From an uncultured Alphaproteobacteria bacterium (GTDB lineage Bacteria > Pseudomonadota > Alphaproteobacteria > Rhodospirillales > Defluviicoccaceae): a stretch of 64,000 nt of DNA. Positions 23,872 through 36,306 of the stretch are shown one piece after another. Made by a program: the position numbers and the translations under genes. Location of the stretch: the NCBI GenBank assembly GCA_963781645.1, contig CAWAGY010000031.1, positions 27,562 through 91,561 on the forward strand, given 5' to 3'. The notes under the pieces were generated by a model. That model searched no databases. It was not told the DNA's origin and worked only from the letters and a program-made list of their open reading frames with translations. Each line of letters begins with the position of its first letter. Positions within the stretch are counted from its first letter, which is position 1.

Positions 23872-25933
23872 CGGTGCCTGTCTTTCGCAAGCTCTCGCCG
23901 GTAAACGCTTTGACGCAGCGCGCCATCGTCACCGACGCCCGGCACACCGGGTTGGTCATGTAAAAATTGTCGATCGGATTAACGAACGGCTCGGCGACAA
24001 GGGCGCCCTCGGCGCCGAATTCACCCCAGGACGCCGCCTCGATGCCGTCGATGCGGCCGAACACCTCGCTGGTGCGATTGAGGCCCGCCCGCACCGCCGC
24101 CAGCAAATCATAAGGCAGCGTCTTGCCGAGCACCGCCGACAGGGCGCGGATGACGGCCCAGTCCTCGCGCGCCTCGCCGGGGGGAAAGCAGGCACGCAGG
24201 CCGCGCTGGGCGCGGCCCTCGGTATTGACCCAGGTTGCGTCCTTCTCGGGATAGGCCGCGCCCGGGAGAACGACATCGGCGCGGGCGGCCCCGGCATCGC
24301 CGTGATGCCCCTGGTAGATGACGAAGGCGGAACCCAGGCGGTCGGTGTCGATCTCGTCGGCGCCGAGGAGATAGACGATGTCGATGGCGCCCGTCTCAGC
24401 GCCTTCGAGAATGCCTGCGAGATCGCGACCGCCCTGTTGCGGAACAAAGCCGACGTCGAGGCCGCCGACCCGCGCCGCCGCCGTGTGCAGAGAGTTAAAG
24501 CCGTTCCAGGCTGAGCCGGCGGCGACCATGCCGGTCGCTTCGGCGATCCGCCGAGCTGCTGCGAGCACGGCTGCCCCGTCGGCGCGGGCGAGGGCACCCT
24601 GGCCGAGGATCAGCATCGGCTTCGCCGCGTCCTTGAGTGCGCGGGCAAACGCATGGTCTCCGGCGGCGATTGCATCGAGGAGGGTCGGATCGGTGCCGAG
24701 GTGGTCGTAGGCATAGGTGAGGTCGACCGCCTCGCCGATCAGCCCCACCGGGAAGGGCCGCATCCGCGACCGCTTGCGCAGCCGCGCATTGATGATCGGC
24801 GCCTCGATGCGCGGATTGGTGCCGATCAAAAGGCAGGCGTCCGCCTCCTCGATGCCGGCGATCGTCGTGTTGAACAGATAGGCCGCCCGTGGCGTCGCCG
24901 GCAGCGCGGCCCCGTCCTGGCGGCAGTCGAGGTGCGGACTGCCGAGGGATTGCATCAGCTCCTTCAGCGTCAGCATCGCCTCGCAGTCGATGAGGTCGCC
25001 GGCGATGGCGGCGATGCGATCCCCCGTCGTTGCGGCGACGCGGCCGGCAATTGCGGCGAAGGCCGCGTCCCACGATGCCGGCTGCAGCCTGCCGTCCCGC
25101 CGCACATACGGCCGGTCGAGCCGCTGCCGGCGCAGCCCGTCGCAGGCGAAGCGGGTCTTGTCCGAGATCCACTCCTCGTTGATGGCCTCGTTCAGACGCG
25201 GCAGCACGCGCAGCACCTCGGTGCCGCGGATATCGATGCGGATGTTGCTGCCGACCGCGTCCATGACGTCGATGCTCTCGGTCTTCGACAGCTCCCACGG
25301 GCGGGCGACGAACGCGTACGGCTTCGAGGTGAGGGCACCGACCGGGCAGAGGTCGATGATGTTGCCGGAGAGCTCCGACGACAACGCCTTGCGGACGTAG
25401 GTGCCGACCTCCATGTGTTCGCCGCGGCCGGTGGCCCCCAGCTCGGGCACGCCGGCGATCTCGGTCGCAAACCGGATGCAGCGTGTGCAGTGAATGCAGC
25501 GCGTCATGTTCGTCTTAACGAGGGGGCCGAAGTCCTTGTCCTGCACCGCCCGCTTGTTCTCGTGGAAGCGGCCGCGGTCGAACCCGTAGCCCATGGCCAG
25601 GTCCTGCAGATCGCACTCGCCGCCCTGGTCGCAGATCGGACAGTCGAGCGGATGGTTGATCAAGAGAAACTCCATCACCCCGCGGCGCATTTTTTCGACG
25701 TCCGGCGTGTTGGTGTGGATCTCCATGCCGTCCGCCGCCGGCATCGCGCACGACGCGACCGGTTTCGGCGAGCCCTTCATCGCCACCAGGCACATGCGGC
25801 AGTTGCCGGCGATCGACAGCCGCTCGTGAAAGCAAAAGCGCGGGATCTCGATGCCGATCGCCTCGCAGGCCTGCAGCACCGTCAGGCCGGCCGCGACCTC
25901 GACCTCTTGACCATCGATGGTCAGCTTCGGCAT
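23864..25933 (-). CDS. nuoG: NADH-quinone oxidoreductase subunit G
   Basis: [24 protein letters not shown] and CIHCTRC. Confidence 0.97.
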   Translation of the reverse strand: MPKLTIDGQEVEVAAGLTVLQACEAIGIEIPRFCFHERLSIAGNCRMCLVAMKGSPKPVASCAMPAADGMEIHTNTPDVEKMRRGVMEFLLINHPLDCPICDQGGECDLQDLAMGYGFDRGRFHENKRAVQDKDFGPLVKTNMTRCIHCTRCIRFATEIAGVPELGATGRGEHMEVGTYVRKALSSELSGNIIDLCPVGALTSKPYAFVARPWELSKTESIDVMDAVGSNIRIDIRGTEVLRVLPRLNEAINEEWISDKTRFACDGLRRQRLDRPYVRRDGRLQPASWDAAFAAIAGRVAATTGDRIAAIAGDLIDCEAMLTLKELMQSLGSPHLDCRQDGAALPATPRAAYLFNTTIAGIEEADACLLIGTNPRIEAPIINARLRKRSRMRPFPVGLIGEAVDLTYAYDHLGTDPTLLDAIAAGDHAFARALKDAAKPMLILGQGALARADGAAVLAAARRIAEATGMVAAGSAWNGFNSLHTAAARVGGLDVGFVPQQGGRDLAGILEGAETGAIDIVYLLGADEIDTDRLGSAFVIYQGHHGDAGAARADVVLPGAAYPEKDATWVNTEGRAQRGLRACFPPGEAREDWAVIRALSAVLGKTLPYDLLAAVRAGLNRTSEVFGRIDGIEAASWGEFGAEGALVAEPFVNPIDNFYMTNPVCRASVTMARCVKAFTGESLRKTGTDD

Positions 25934-25943
25934 CTCTCCTCCC

Positions 25944-27233
25944 TCAGGCGGCCTGCCGTTGACGCTTCTCTTCGTAGGCGCGGATGCGCCGTTCCAATTC
26001 GGGGCGGAAGTGGCGGATCAGTCCCTGGATCGGCCACGCGGCGGCGTCGCCGAGCGCGCAGATGGTATGGCCTTCGACCTCGCGCGTCACCTGTTCGAGC
26101 ACGTCGATTTCATCGATGCGGGCGCGGCCCTCGGTCATCCGCTCCATCACCCGCCACATCCAGCCGGTGCCTTCGCGGCACGGCGTGCACTGGCCGCAGC
26201 TCTCGTGCATGTAGAAGCGGGCGAGCCGGGTGATCGCCCGGACAACGTCGGTCGACTTGTCCATGACGATGACCGCGGCGGTGCCGAGGCCGGACTTCAC
26301 CGCGACGAGCGAGTCGAAATCCATGCAGACCGCATCGCAAATCGATTTCGGGATGACCGGCACGGACGAGCCGCCGGGAATCACCGCCTGCAAATTCTCC
26401 CAACCGCCGCGGACGCCGCCGGCGTGTTTTTCGATCAGGTCCCGGAGGGGGATGCCCATCTCCTCCTCGACCGTGCACGGCGCATTGACGTGGCCTGAGA
26501 TGTTGAACAGCTTGGTGCCGGTGTTTTTCGGCCGGCCGAGCCCGGCGAACCAGTCACCGCCGCGGCGCAGGATGGTCGGCACGACGGCGATCGTCTCGAC
26601 GTTGTTGACCGTCGTCGGGCAGCCGTAAAGGCCGACGTTCGCCGGAAACGGCGGCTTCAAGCGCGGCTGGCCCTTCTTGCCCTCGAGGCTCTCGAGCAGC
26701 GCCGTCTCCTCGCCGCAGATGTAGGCGCCGGCGCCGAGGTGGACATAGATATCCATACCCCAGCCGGAGCCGCAGGCATCCGGGCCGAGAAGGTTCTCGG
26801 CATACGCCTCGTCGATCGCCCGCTGCAGCGCGTCGGCCTCGCGATAGAACTCGCCGCGGACGTAGATGTAGGCGATGTGCGCACCCATGCCGACGCCGGC
26901 GAGAAGGCTGCCCTCGATCAGCTTGTGCGGCTCGTGGCGAAGGATCTCCCGATCCTTGCAGGTTCCCGGTTCACCCTCGTCGGCGTTGACGACGAGATAG
27001 TGCGGCCGCTCGCCCACATCCTTCGGCATGAACGACCATTTCAGGCCGGTCACGAAACCGGCGCCGCCGCGGCCGCGGAGCCCGGACTTGCGCACCTCGT
27101 CGACGATCGCCTGCCGGCCGCGAGCGATCAGGGCTTTCGTGTCGTCCCAGTCGCCGCGCTTGCGGGCGCCGGCGAGGCCGACATCGGCAAAGCCGTATAT
27201 GTTGGTGAAAATGCGGTCCTGGTCCTTCAGCAT
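25944..27233 (-). CDS. nuoF: NADH-quinone oxidoreductase subunit F
   Basis: [23 protein letters not shown] and [12 protein letters not shown]. Confidence 0.98.
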   Translation of the reverse strand: MLKDQDRIFTNIYGFADVGLAGARKRGDWDDTKALIARGRQAIVDEVRKSGLRGRGGAGFVTGLKWSFMPKDVGERPHYLVVNADEGEPGTCKDREILRHEPHKLIEGSLLAGVGMGAHIAYIYVRGEFYREADALQRAIDEAYAENLLGPDACGSGWGMDIYVHLGAGAYICGEETALLESLEGKKGQPRLKPPFPANVGLYGCPTTVNNVETIAVVPTILRRGGDWFAGLGRPKNTGTKLFNISGHVNAPCTVEEEMGIPLRDLIEKHAGGVRGGWENLQAVIPGGSSVPVIPKSICDAVCMDFDSLVAVKSGLGTAAVIVMDKSTDVVRAITRLARFYMHESCGQCTPCREGTGWMWRVMERMTEGRARIDEIDVLEQVTREVEGHTICALGDAAAWPIQGLIRHFRPELERRIRAYEEKRQRQAA

Positions 27234-27264
27234 CTGTCCGTCCCGTTATCGCTCTTGCTGTCGC

Positions 27265-27873
27265 TCAGGCAGGGGTCTTGCCGGCCGGCCGCGCCCGGTC
27301 CGGCTGCGGCTCGCAGCTCGTCCGGCCAATCTGCGAGCCGGGCTTTGGTGTCCGTCCGGCGGCGAGATCGTCGAGGATCGCCTTCGTTGTGTCGGCCGTC
27401 AGGTCTTCGTAGTAATCCGGTCCGATCTGCAGCATCGGTGCGTTGACGCAGGCGCCGAGGCACTCGGCCTCGGATACGGTGAACATGCCGTCGGCGGTGG
27501 TCTCGCCGGGACCGATGCCGAGCCTCTCCCAGCAGGCGGCGAGGATGTCGTCGGAGCCGCGCAGCCAGCACGAGATGTTGGTGCACACCTCGACGTGGTA
27601 GCGGCCCACCGGCTTCAGCCGGAACATCGTGTAGAAGGTGGCGACCTCGTAGACGCGGATCGGCGGCATGTGGAGGAAATCGGCGACGTAGTCGAGGGCC
27701 GGCTGCGGCAGCCAGCCCGAACCCTGACGCTGAGCCAGCATCAAAAGCGGCAGGATCGCGCTCGCCTCTCGTCCGGGCGGATATTTGTCGATGATGGCAC
27801 GGGCCTTGGCTAGGTTGTCGTCGGAAAACGCGAACGCACCTTTCTCAGGTGCCCTGACGATCGTGTCCGTCAT
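27265..27873 (-). CDS. nuoE: NADH-quinone oxidoreductase subunit E
   Basis: [15 protein letters not shown] and ECLGAC. Confidence 0.96.
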   Translation of the reverse strand: MTDTIVRAPEKGAFAFSDDNLAKARAIIDKYPPGREASAILPLLMLAQRQGSGWLPQPALDYVADFLHMPPIRVYEVATFYTMFRLKPVGRYHVEVCTNISCWLRGSDDILAACWERLGIGPGETTADGMFTVSEAECLGACVNAPMLQIGPDYYEDLTADTTKAILDDLAAGRTPKPGSQIGRTSCEPQPDRARPAGKTPA

Positions 27874-29057
27874 CGGTCGACCTCTCCGAACACGATGTCG
27901 AGTGATCCGAGAACCGCCACGACGTCGGCGAGCATGTGGCCGCGGGTGAGGTAGTCCATCGCCGCCAGATGTGGGAAGCCGGGTGACCGTATCTTGCACC
28001 GGTACGGCCGGTTGGTGCCGTCGGCGACGAGATAAACCCCGAACTCGCCCTTCGGCGCCTCGACCACGGTGTAGGTCTCGCCGGCCGGGACGTGGTAGCC
28101 CTCGGTGTAGAGCTTGAAGTGATGGATCAGCGCCTCCATCGAATGCTTCATCTCGCCGCGGGGTGGCGGTGCGACCTTGCGGTCATCGGTTTTGACCGGA
28201 CCCGGCGGCATCTCCTTCAGGCACTGTCGCATGATTTTGAGGCTCTCGCGCAGCTCGTACATGCGCACGAGATAGCGGTCGTAGCAGTCGCCGTGCTTGC
28301 CGACCGGAATGTCGAAGTCGAGGCGGTCGTAAACATCGTAAGGCTGCGCCTTGCGCAGGTCCCAGGCGACGCCGGCAGCCCTCAGGTTGGGGCCGGAGAA
28401 GCCCCAGTTGAGCGCGTCGTCGGCCAAGATGATGCCGATGTCGACGGCGCGCTGCTTGAAGATGCGGTTTTCGGTGAGAAGGGTCTCCAGATCATCGATG
28501 CACTTCGGGAAGTGCTCGGTCCACTCCCAGATGTCGTCGGCGAGACCGGCGGGCAAATCCAAGGAGACACCGCCCGGACGAAAGTAGTTCATGTGGAGGC
28601 GCGCGCCGCAAACTCGCTCGCAGAACTCCATCAGCCGCTCGCGCTCCTCGAAGCCCCAGAGCATCGGCGTCATCGCGCCGACGTCCATGGCGAAGGCGCA
28701 GACGGTGAAGATGTGGTTGAGGATGCGGCCGATCTCCGCATACAGCACGCGCAGATACTGGCCCCGCAGCGGCACCGTGATGCCGAGCAGCTTCTCGACG
28801 GCGAGCGCGAACGCATGCTCCTGGTTCTGCGGGGCGACATAATCGAGCCGGTCGAAGTAGGGGACCGACTGCAGATACGTCTTGTATTCGATCAGCTTCT
28901 CGGTGCCGCGGTGCAGAAGGCCGATGTGCGGGTCGGCGCGCTCGATCGTCTCGCCGTCCATCTCGAGCACCAGCCGCAGCACACCGTGCGCCGACGGATG
29001 CTGCGGGCCGAAGTTGAGGGTGAGATTCTTGATCTGGGTTTCGGCCATCTTCGTCAC
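27870..29057 (-). CDS. nuoD: NADH-quinone oxidoreductase subunit D
   Basis: [24 protein letters not shown] and FGEVDR. Confidence 0.98.
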   Translation of the reverse strand: MTKMAETQIKNLTLNFGPQHPSAHGVLRLVLEMDGETIERADPHIGLLHRGTEKLIEYKTYLQSVPYFDRLDYVAPQNQEHAFALAVEKLLGITVPLRGQYLRVLYAEIGRILNHIFTVCAFAMDVGAMTPMLWGFEERERLMEFCERVCGARLHMNYFRPGGVSLDLPAGLADDIWEWTEHFPKCIDDLETLLTENRIFKQRAVDIGIILADDALNWGFSGPNLRAAGVAWDLRKAQPYDVYDRLDFDIPVGKHGDCYDRYLVRMYELRESLKIMRQCLKEMPPGPVKTDDRKVAPPPRGEMKHSMEALIHHFKLYTEGYHVPAGETYTVVEAPKGEFGVYLVADGTNRPYRCKIRSPGFPHLAAMDYLTRGHMLADVVAVLGSLDIVFGEVDR

Positions 29058-29662
29058 CCGCCGTCCGTCGCTTTTTCATCGCCGGGCAATTGCGCCTGCA
29101 CGCCCTCCCACGGACTGAGGAAATCGAAGTTGCGGAGATCCTGGGTCAGCCGCACCGGCTCGTAGACGATCCGCTTCTGCTCGTCGTCGTAGCGCACCTC
29201 CACGTACCCTGTGAGCGGAAAATCCTTGCGCAGCGGATGCCCCTGGAAGCCGTAGTCGGAGAGGATGCGGCGCAGGTCGGGATGATCGCGGAAGTAGATG
29301 CCGAACAGATCCCAGGCCTCGCGCTCGTACCAGTTCGCCGACTGGAACACACCGGTCACCGTCGGCACCGGCGAGCCCTCGTCGGTCCTGACCTTGATGC
29401 GGATGCGACGATCGTGGGTAAGGCTCAAGAGATTGTAGACGACCTCGAAGCGCTCGGCCTGACCGGGATGATCGACGCCGCAGACGTCCATCAGCTGCTT
29501 GAACTGGCAGTTGACGTCGTCGCGGAGAAAGGTCAGCGCGCGGACGACGGCCTCGCGCTCGACGATGACGGTCAGTTCATCGCGATCGATCTTCGCATCG
29601 AGGACGTTATCGCGCAGCGCCGCCTTCACGTAGTCGGCGAGTTCATCAAGTCCGAGGTCCAT
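29054..29662 (-). CDS. nuoC: NADH-quinone oxidoreductase subunit C
   Basis: [11 protein letters not shown]...HPDLRRIL...GHPLRKDFP. Start at MDLGLDEL. Confidence 0.96.
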   Translation of the reverse strand: MDLGLDELADYVKAALRDNVLDAKIDRDELTVIVEREAVVRALTFLRDDVNCQFKQLMDVCGVDHPGQAERFEVVYNLLSLTHDRRIRIKVRTDEGSPVPTVTGVFQSANWYEREAWDLFGIYFRDHPDLRRILSDYGFQGHPLRKDFPLTGYVEVRYDDEQKRIVYEPVRLTQDLRNFDFLSPWEGVQAQLPGDEKATDGG

Positions 29663-29709
29663 GCCAGATTGCCTCATCCGGACGGTTGCGGCCGGTACCT
29701 GCGGCGCGG

Positions 29710-30243
29710 TCAGCGCCAGAGCGTACCGGTGCGCTGGATCTTCCGCTGCAATTGCAGGACGCCGTAGACGAGCGCCTCGGCGGTAGGCGGACAGCCGGGG
29801 ACGTAGATGTCGACGGGAACCACCCGGTCGCAGCCGCGGACGACGGAGTAGGAATAGTGATAGTAGCCGCCGCCGTTGGCGCACGAGCCCATCGAAATGA
29901 CATAGCGGGGCTCGGCCATCTGATCGTAAACCCGGCGGAATGCCGGCGCCATCTTGTTGCACAGGGTCCCGGCAACGATGATCACGTCCGACTGTCGCGG
30001 GCTCGGCCGCGGCACCACGCCGAAGCGGTCGAGGTCGTAGCGACTGACGTAGGCTTGCATCATCTCGATGGCGCAACAGGCGAGGCCGAAGGTCATCGGC
30101 CACAATGATCCGCAGCGCGCCCAGTTCACCACCTTGTCGAGCTGCGTCAGTACGAAGCCCTTCTCGGCGACCGCGTCGTTGACGCCCTTCCACAGGTCAT
30201 CCACATCGCCGGTGGCCGGCAGCGTCGTTTCAACCGACGTCAT
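29710..30243 (-). CDS. nuoB: NADH-quinone oxidoreductase subunit B
   Basis: [19 protein letters not shown] and PGCPPT. Confidence 0.97.
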   Translation of the reverse strand: MTSVETTLPATGDVDDLWKGVNDAVAEKGFVLTQLDKVVNWARCGSLWPMTFGLACCAIEMMQAYVSRYDLDRFGVVPRPSPRQSDVIIVAGTLCNKMAPAFRRVYDQMAEPRYVISMGSCANGGGYYHYSYSVVRGCDRVVPVDIYVPGCPPTAEALVYGVLQLQRKIQRTGTLWR

Positions 30244-30253
30244 GGTTCCTCCG

Positions 30254-30619
30254 TCACTCCCAATCCAACGCCCCCTTGCGCCATTCATATATGAAACCGA
30301 CGGTCAGAACCGCCAGAAAAACCATCATCGACCAAAAGCCGAAGAGCCCGATGTCGGCGAGAGCCACCGACCACGGGAACAAAAACGCGACCTCCAGATC
30401 AAAGATGATGAACAAGATGGCAACAAGGTAGAAGCGGACGTCGAACTTACCGCGCAAGTCCTCGAATGGGTCAAAGCCGCATTCGTAAGGAGCGTTCTTG
30501 TCCGGGTCGGGACGCTCGCCGCCGACCAGGTAGGAGGCGCCGACGGCGACGCCGGCGACAGCGATGGCGATCGCCAGGAACATGAGGATCGGAAGGTATT
30601 CGGCGAGAAGCGGATTCAC
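30254..30619 (-). CDS. nuoA: NADH-quinone oxidoreductase subunit A
   Basis: [20 protein letters not shown] and [12 protein letters not shown] start. Confidence 0.96.
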   Translation of the reverse strand: MNPLLAEYLPILMFLAIAIAVAGVAVGASYLVGGERPDPDKNAPYECGFDPFEDLRGKFDVRFYLVAILFIIFDLEVAFLFPWSVALADIGLFGFWSMMVFLAVLTVGFIYEWRKGALDWE

Positions 30620-30721
30620 GGCGGCGCATCCTTTTCTTCCGGCCCGCCAGTCTTCCGGCCCGCCGGACGCAGCGAGCATCGGCGACCGCCGCGGCTCCGG
30701 CCAGGCGCCGTGGCGGCGGGA

Positions 30722-30798
30722 TGGCGGGAGTGACGGGACTCGAACCCGCGACCTCTGGCGTGACAGGCCAGCGCTCTAACCGACTGAGCTACACCCCC
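30722..30798 (-). tRNA. tRNA-Asp(GTC)
   Basis: GGGGGTGTAGCTCAGTCGGTTAGAGCGCTGGCCT-GTC-ACGCCAGAGGTCGCGGGTTCGAGTCCCGTCACTCCCGCCA cloverleaf with encoded CCA. Confidence 0.97.
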
Positions 30799-30925
30799 CT
30801 AAGCGAGCCGGCCGCTCGGACGGGCGAAAGTCGTGTAAACCCCACCCCCCTTGGTGTCAAGACAACGGCTGAAGGCGATGCCGCCGGTTCCGCGCTTGCA
30901 TGCGCGCCCGCGGCAGGGATGTGAT

Positions 30926-31001
30926 TGGTGGGCGGTGACGGGCTCGAACCGCCGACATCCACGGTGTAAACGTGGCGCTCTCCCAGCTGAGCTAACCGCC
31001 C
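30926..31001 (-). tRNA. tRNA-Val(TAC)
   Basis: GGGCGGTTAGCTCAGCTGGGAGAGCGCCACGTT-TAC-ACCGTGGATGTCGGCGGTTCGAGCCCGTCACCGCCCACCA. Confidence 0.97.
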
Positions 31002-31118
31002 GTTTCGGAACTCGGTGGTCTTAGAAAGTAAAGCCGTCTGTTCCGGAGTACGGCGCCCCTCCCGTTCCCGCGGGCTGCCGTCTCGCTGGCCGGATGTGTC
31101 GGCACAGATTTCGGAGGC

Positions 31119-31391
31119 TTAGTTAAGCGCGTCCTTCAGGCCCTTGCCGGCGCGGAACTTCGCCTGCTTGGAAGCCGAAATCTGTATCACTTCGCCGGTG
31201 CGCGGATCGCGGCCGTTCGACGCCTGCCGCTTGGCCACCGTAAAGGTGCCGAAGCCGACCAGGCGAACGTCGTTACCATCTTTCAGCGCATCGGTAATCG
31301 CCGCAAGCACTCCGTCGACGGCACGCGCCGCCTCCTTCTTCTGCAAGCCGGCGTTTTGGGCAACGGTGGCAATCAAGTCGTTCTTGTTCAC
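31119..31391 (-). CDS. hupB: DNA-binding protein HU
   Basis: VNKNDLI...VRLVGFGTF...GRDPRTG...FRAGKGLKDAL, downstream of lon. Confidence 0.93.
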   Translation of the reverse strand: MNKNDLIATVAQNAGLQKKEAARAVDGVLAAITDALKDGNDVRLVGFGTFTVAKRQASNGRDPRTGEVIQISASKQAKFRAGKGLKDALN

Positions 31392-31649
31392 CTTCAAGCC
31401 CCCCTCTCTGGACATGGGATAAAGTTGGCAAGACCGGATCGGATCCGGGCCGGGGCCCGCCCCGGATCCGCCCCGATGCCTGCAAAGGTAGGCTAGCCGC
31501 AGCTTTTTAGTCAACAATCACAGTTTGCCGGGCGATGGCGTTCACCGCGACGAGGCGGCGGCCACCATCGCGGCTGCTGCCCGGCCCGGGTCCAGCACCT
31601 GCTTTGGGCTACAAGGAATCCGCTTCGGCGCAGAACGCGGCGCTCGCGC

Positions 31650-34063
31650 TCAGTGCGTGCGGATCTCGCCCAGGTCGTCCTCTTCGGCAGGCGGCGCCGC
31701 AGTTGCCGCGTGACGCACCTCCGCTTCGGCGTCCCATTCGATCGGCGTGAGTTCGCCGGCGAGCGCGTTACGGAGCACCTCATCGACCACTGCCGCCGGG
31801 ATAATCTTCAAGTCTTTCTTGACGTTGTCCGCGATTTCGGAGAGCTCGCGCTCGTTCTCCTTGGGAATCAGGACGACCTTGATGCCGCCGCGATGCGCCG
31901 CCAGCAGCTTCTCCTTCAGCCCGCCGACCGGCAGAACACGGCCGCGCAGTGTCAGCTCGCCTGTCATCGCCACGTCCTTGCGCACGGGGATTCCCGTCAG
32001 CACCGAAACGATTGAGACGACCATGGCGACGCCCGCTGACGGCCCGTCCTTCGGCGTCGCCCCCTCCGGCACGTGGACGTGGATGTCGCGCTTGTTGAAG
32101 ATGTCGGGCGGGATTCCGAAGCGAATCGCCCGTGACTGGACGAACGACTTCGCCGCCTGAATCAACTCCTGCATGACGTCGCCGAGCTTGCCGGTATAGG
32201 TGACCCGACCCTTCCCCGGGACGATGACCGCTTCGATCGACAGCAACTCCCCGCCGACCTCGGTCCAGGCGAGGCCGGTGGCGACGCCGATCAGAATCCT
32301 CCTCTTCGATCTCGCCGTAGCGGAAGCGCTTGACGCCGGCGTACTTGGCGAGGTTGCGGGAGTTGAGGTGGACGTCCTTGCGGTCGCCCATCATGATTTC
32401 CTTGATCGCCTTCCGCGTCAGGTTGGCGATCTCCCGCTCCAGGTTGCGGACGCCCGCCTCGCGCGTGTAATAGCGGATGACGTCGCGGAGCGCGCCGTCG
32501 GAGATCGACCACTCGCCTGCGGTCAGACCGTGCGCCTCTACCTGCTTCGGCAACAGGTGGCGTTTGGCGATCTCCACCTTCTCGTCCTCGGTGTAGCCGG
32601 AGATGCGGATGATCTCCATGCGGTCGAGCAGCGGCGGCGGCATGTTCATGGTGTTCGCGGTGGTGACGAACAGCACATCCGACAGGTCGTAGTCGACCTC
32701 GAGATAATGGTCGTTGAAGTTGCAGTTCTGTTCCGGATCCAGAACCTCGAGCAGCGCCGAAGCCGGATCGCCGCGCCAGTCGTGGCCCATCTTGTCGACC
32801 TCGTCGAGGAGGAACAGCGGGTTCGACGACTTCGCCTTGCGCATTCCCTGGATGACCTTGCCCGGCATCGAGCCGATGTAGGTCCGCCGGTGGCCGCGGA
32901 TCTCCGCTTCGTCGCGGACGCCGCCCAGGGACATGCGGACGAAGTTGCGCCCCGTTGCCCGCGCGATCGACTTGCCGAGGGAGGTCTTGCCGACGCCCGG
33001 CGGACCGACCAGGCAGAGGATCGGCCCCCGCAGCTTGTTGGTCCGCTGCTGCACGGCCAGATACTCGAGAATCCGCTCCTTGACCTTCTTCAGTCCGTAA
33101 TGGTCGGTATCCAGGATCTCCTGGGCGTTGCGGATGTCCTTCTTGACGCGGGTCCGCTTCTTCCACGGGATCGACAGCATCCATTCGAGATAGTTGCGGA
33201 CCACCGTCGCCTCGGCCGACATCGGGCTCATCGAGCGCAGCTTCTTGACTTCGCCCAGCGCCTTTTCGCGCGCTTCCTTGCTCAGCGCGGTCTTCTTGAT
33301 GCGCTCCTCGAACTCGCCGACCTCGTCACGACCGTCCTCGGTCTCGCCGAGTTCTTTCTGGATCGCCTTCAGCTGCTCGTTCAGGTAGTACTCGCGCTGC
33401 GTTTTTTCCATCTGCCGCTTGACGCGGTTGCGGATGCGCTTTTCCACCTGAAGCACGCCGATCTCGGCTTCCATGTGTGAATAGACGCGCTCGAGCCGCT
33501 CGACGACCGAAACGATCTCGAGGAGCTCCTGCTTGTCGGCAATCTTCAGAGCGAGGTGCGAGGCGACCGTATCGGCGAGCTTCGACGGGTCCTCGATCTG
33601 ATTGACCGAGACCAGCACCTCCGGCGGGATCTTCTTGTTGAGTTTGATGTACTGCTCGAACTGGCTGACGACCGAGCGGGCCAGAGCCTCCATTTCCTGG
33701 CGGTCGCCGGTGCGGTCGGCGACGACCTCGGCCACCGCCTCGAAGAAGGCGGAACTCGTCGGTGAAGCTGCCGATGCGCGCGCGCTGGCCGCCCTCGACC
33801 AGCACCTTGACCGTGCCGTCCGGCAACTTCAGCAACTGCAGCACCGTCGACACTGTGCCGACGGTAAAGATGTCGGCGGGAGCGGGATCGTCCTGTGCCG
33901 CGTTCTTCTGGGCAACGAGGAGGATCTGCCGGTCGTCCTTGGTGACGTCTTCGAGCGCCTTGACCGATTTTTCGCGACCGACGAACAGCGGCACGATCAT
34001 GTGCGGAAAGACGACGATGTCGCGGAGCGGCAGGACCGGGTAGATGTGCGTCTGGCTGGTCAC
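31650..34063 (-). CDS. lon: Lon protease (frameshifts near 33750 and 32295)
   Basis: [36 protein letters not shown] and GGLKEK. Confidence 0.96.
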
Positions 34064-34198
34064 GATGGTGCTTACCCTTGCGTGGCATTCGCGCCGGCAC
34101 GGGCCGGCAGGCTCCTTGCGGCGCGAGTGGGTTTCCTAAAACGTGGTCGCGAATGGAGGCGCCATCAACCCCGCCGGCGCCGGCCGCCGGGTGCGTCC

Positions 34199-35464
34199 TC
34201 AGGCACTCGAGCCGACGTCGCCGCGGCGATCGGCGTAGATGTACAGCGGTTTCGCCTGTTCCTCGGCGACTTCCCTGTTAATGACCACCTCTTCGACGCC
34301 TTCCAGGCTCGGCAGATCGAACATCGTCTCAAGGAGGATGCTCTCCATGATCGAGCGCAGGCCGCGGGCGCCGGTCTTCCGCTGCACCGCCCGGCGGGCC
34401 ACGCCCCGCATCGCCCCATCGGTGAAATCGAGGCGGACACCCTCCATCTCGAACAGCCGCTGGTATTGCTTGACCAGCGCATTCTTCGGCTTGGTGAGAA
34501 TGTCGACCAGCGCCTGCTCGTTGAGGTCGGTCAGGGTGGCGATCACCGGCAGCCGGCCGATGAATTCCGGGATCAGCCCGAATTTCAGCAGATCTTCCGG
34601 TTCGGTTTCCTTCAGGATCTCGCCGGTTGGCCGTTCGTCCGGGGCACGGACGTCGGCGCCATAGCCGATGGTCGTCCCCTTCGAGCGCGCCGAGATGATC
34701 TTGTCGAGGCCGGAAAATGCGCCGCCGCAGATGAACAGGATGTTGGTGGTGTCGACCTGCAGGAACTCCTGCTGCGGATGCTTGCGCCCGCCTTGCGGCG
34801 GCACGCTGGCGATCGTGCCTTCCATGATCTTGAGCAGCGCCTGCTGCACGCCTTCGCCCGATACGTCGCGGGTGATCGACGGATTGTCGGACTTGCGCGA
34901 AATCTTGTCGACCTCGTCGATGTAGACGATGCCGCGCTGCGCCCGCTCGACGTTGTAGTCGGCGGCCTGCAAGAGCTTGAGGATGATGTTCTCGACATCC
35001 TCGCCGACATAGCCGGCTTCGGTCAGCGTTGTCGCATCGGCCATGGTGAACGGCACGTCGAGGATGCGGGCGAGGGTCTGCGCCAAAAGCGTCTTGCCGC
35101 AGCCGGTCGGCCCGATCAGGAGAATATTCGACTTGGCGAGCTCGACGTCGTTGTTCTTGGCGGTGTGGTTGATCCGCTTGTAATGGTTGTGGACGGCGAC
35201 CGACAACACCTTCTTGGCGCGGTCCTGGCCGATGACATAGTCGTCGAGAACGGCGCAGATCTCGTGGGGCGACGGCACCCCATCGCCGGATTTGACGAGC
35301 CCGGTCTTGTGCTCCTCACGGATGATGTCCATGCACAGCTCGACGCATTCATCGCAAATGAATACCGTCGGACCGGCAATCAGCTTTCGAACTTCGTGCT
35401 GGCTCTTGCCGCAGAAGGAGCAATAAAGCGTGTTCTTCAACTCGCCACCTGCGGATTTGCTCAT
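34199..35464 (-). CDS. clpX: ATP-dependent Clp protease ATP-binding subunit
   Basis: CSFCGK zinc finger, [14 protein letters not shown] and RKHPQQ. Confidence 0.98.
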   Translation of the reverse strand: MSKSAGGELKNTLYCSFCGKSQHEVRKLIAGPTVFICDECVELCMDIIREEHKTGLVKSGDGVPSPHEICAVLDDYVIGQDRAKKVLSVAVHNHYKRINHTAKNNDVELAKSNILLIGPTGCGKTLLAQTLARILDVPFTMADATTLTEAGYVGEDVENIILKLLQAADYNVERAQRGIVYIDEVDKISRKSDNPSITRDVSGEGVQQALLKIMEGTIASVPPQGGRKHPQQEFLQVDTTNILFICGGAFSGLDKIISARSKGTTIGYGADVRAPDERPTGEILKETEPEDLLKFGLIPEFIGRLPVIATLTDLNEQALVDILTKPKNALVKQYQRLFEMEGVRLDFTDGAMRGVARRAVQRKTGARGLRSIMESILLETMFDLPSLEGVEEVVINREVAEEQAKPLYIYADRRGDVGSSA

Positions 35465-35575
35465 GTTCTCATCCGTATCCGCGCCATTGCACCACTGGCT
35501 ATGTTAGCCACGTGCCGACATCCGCGACAATCTAAAAAACCGCGCCAACACCGCAACGGTTCCGCACAAACTGGG

Positions 35576-36235
35576 TCAGCTCTTCAAACCCCTGCTGCCG
35601 AGGCTGCGATCCGCCTCCTCCGTGCGCGGACGGCTGACGACGACCTCGTCGACGATGCCGAATTCCTTTGCCTCTTCCGGGCTCATGAAGCGATCGCGTT
35701 CGACCGCCGTCTCGATGACGCTCAGCGGCTGCTTCGTGTGGCGGACGAAGATGCCGTTCAGGCGCGCCCGCAATGCCAGGATTTCTCGCGCCTGAATTTC
35801 GATGTCGGTGGCCTGGCCCTGGGCGCCGCCGGACGGCTGGTGCACCATGATCCGCGAATTGGGCAGGGCGTAGCGCTTGCCGTGCGTGCCCGCCGCGAGC
35901 AACAGCGCGCCCATCGACGCACACTGGCCGATGCATACGGTCGAGACATCGGGGCGGATGTACTGCAAGGTATCGTAGATGGCGAGACCGCCGGTCACCA
36001 GTCCGCCCGGAGAGTTGATGTAGAAGGCGATGTCCTTGTTCGGGTTTTCCGATTCGAGGAAGAGGAGCTGGGCACAGACGAGGCTGGCGACACCGTCGTT
36101 GACGGCGCCGGTGAGAAAAATGATCCGCTCCTTCAGGAGACGCGAGTAGATGTCGTAGGCGCGTTCGCCGCGATTGGTCGTCTCGACCACCATCGGCACG
36201 AGCGTGTTCGCTTGGGTGTCCAATCCGTTCCCCAT
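35576..36235 (-). CDS. clpP: Clp protease proteolytic subunit
   Basis: [27 protein letters not shown] and MVHQP. Confidence 0.97.
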   Translation of the reverse strand: MGNGLDTQANTLVPMVVETTNRGERAYDIYSRLLKERIIFLTGAVNDGVASLVCAQLLFLESENPNKDIAFYINSPGGLVTGGLAIYDTLQYIRPDVSTVCIGQCASMGALLLAAGTHGKRYALPNSRIMVHQPSGGAQGQATDIEIQAREILALRARLNGIFVRHTKQPLSVIETAVERDRFMSPEEAKEFGIVDEVVVSRPRTEEADRSLGSRGLKS

Positions 36236-36306
36236 CAGTCTGTCACCGGGCATGCTATGGAAGGGTTCGCAAGGCGCGTCGCGGCTGCCGGGCGTGTGCA
36301 CATGCG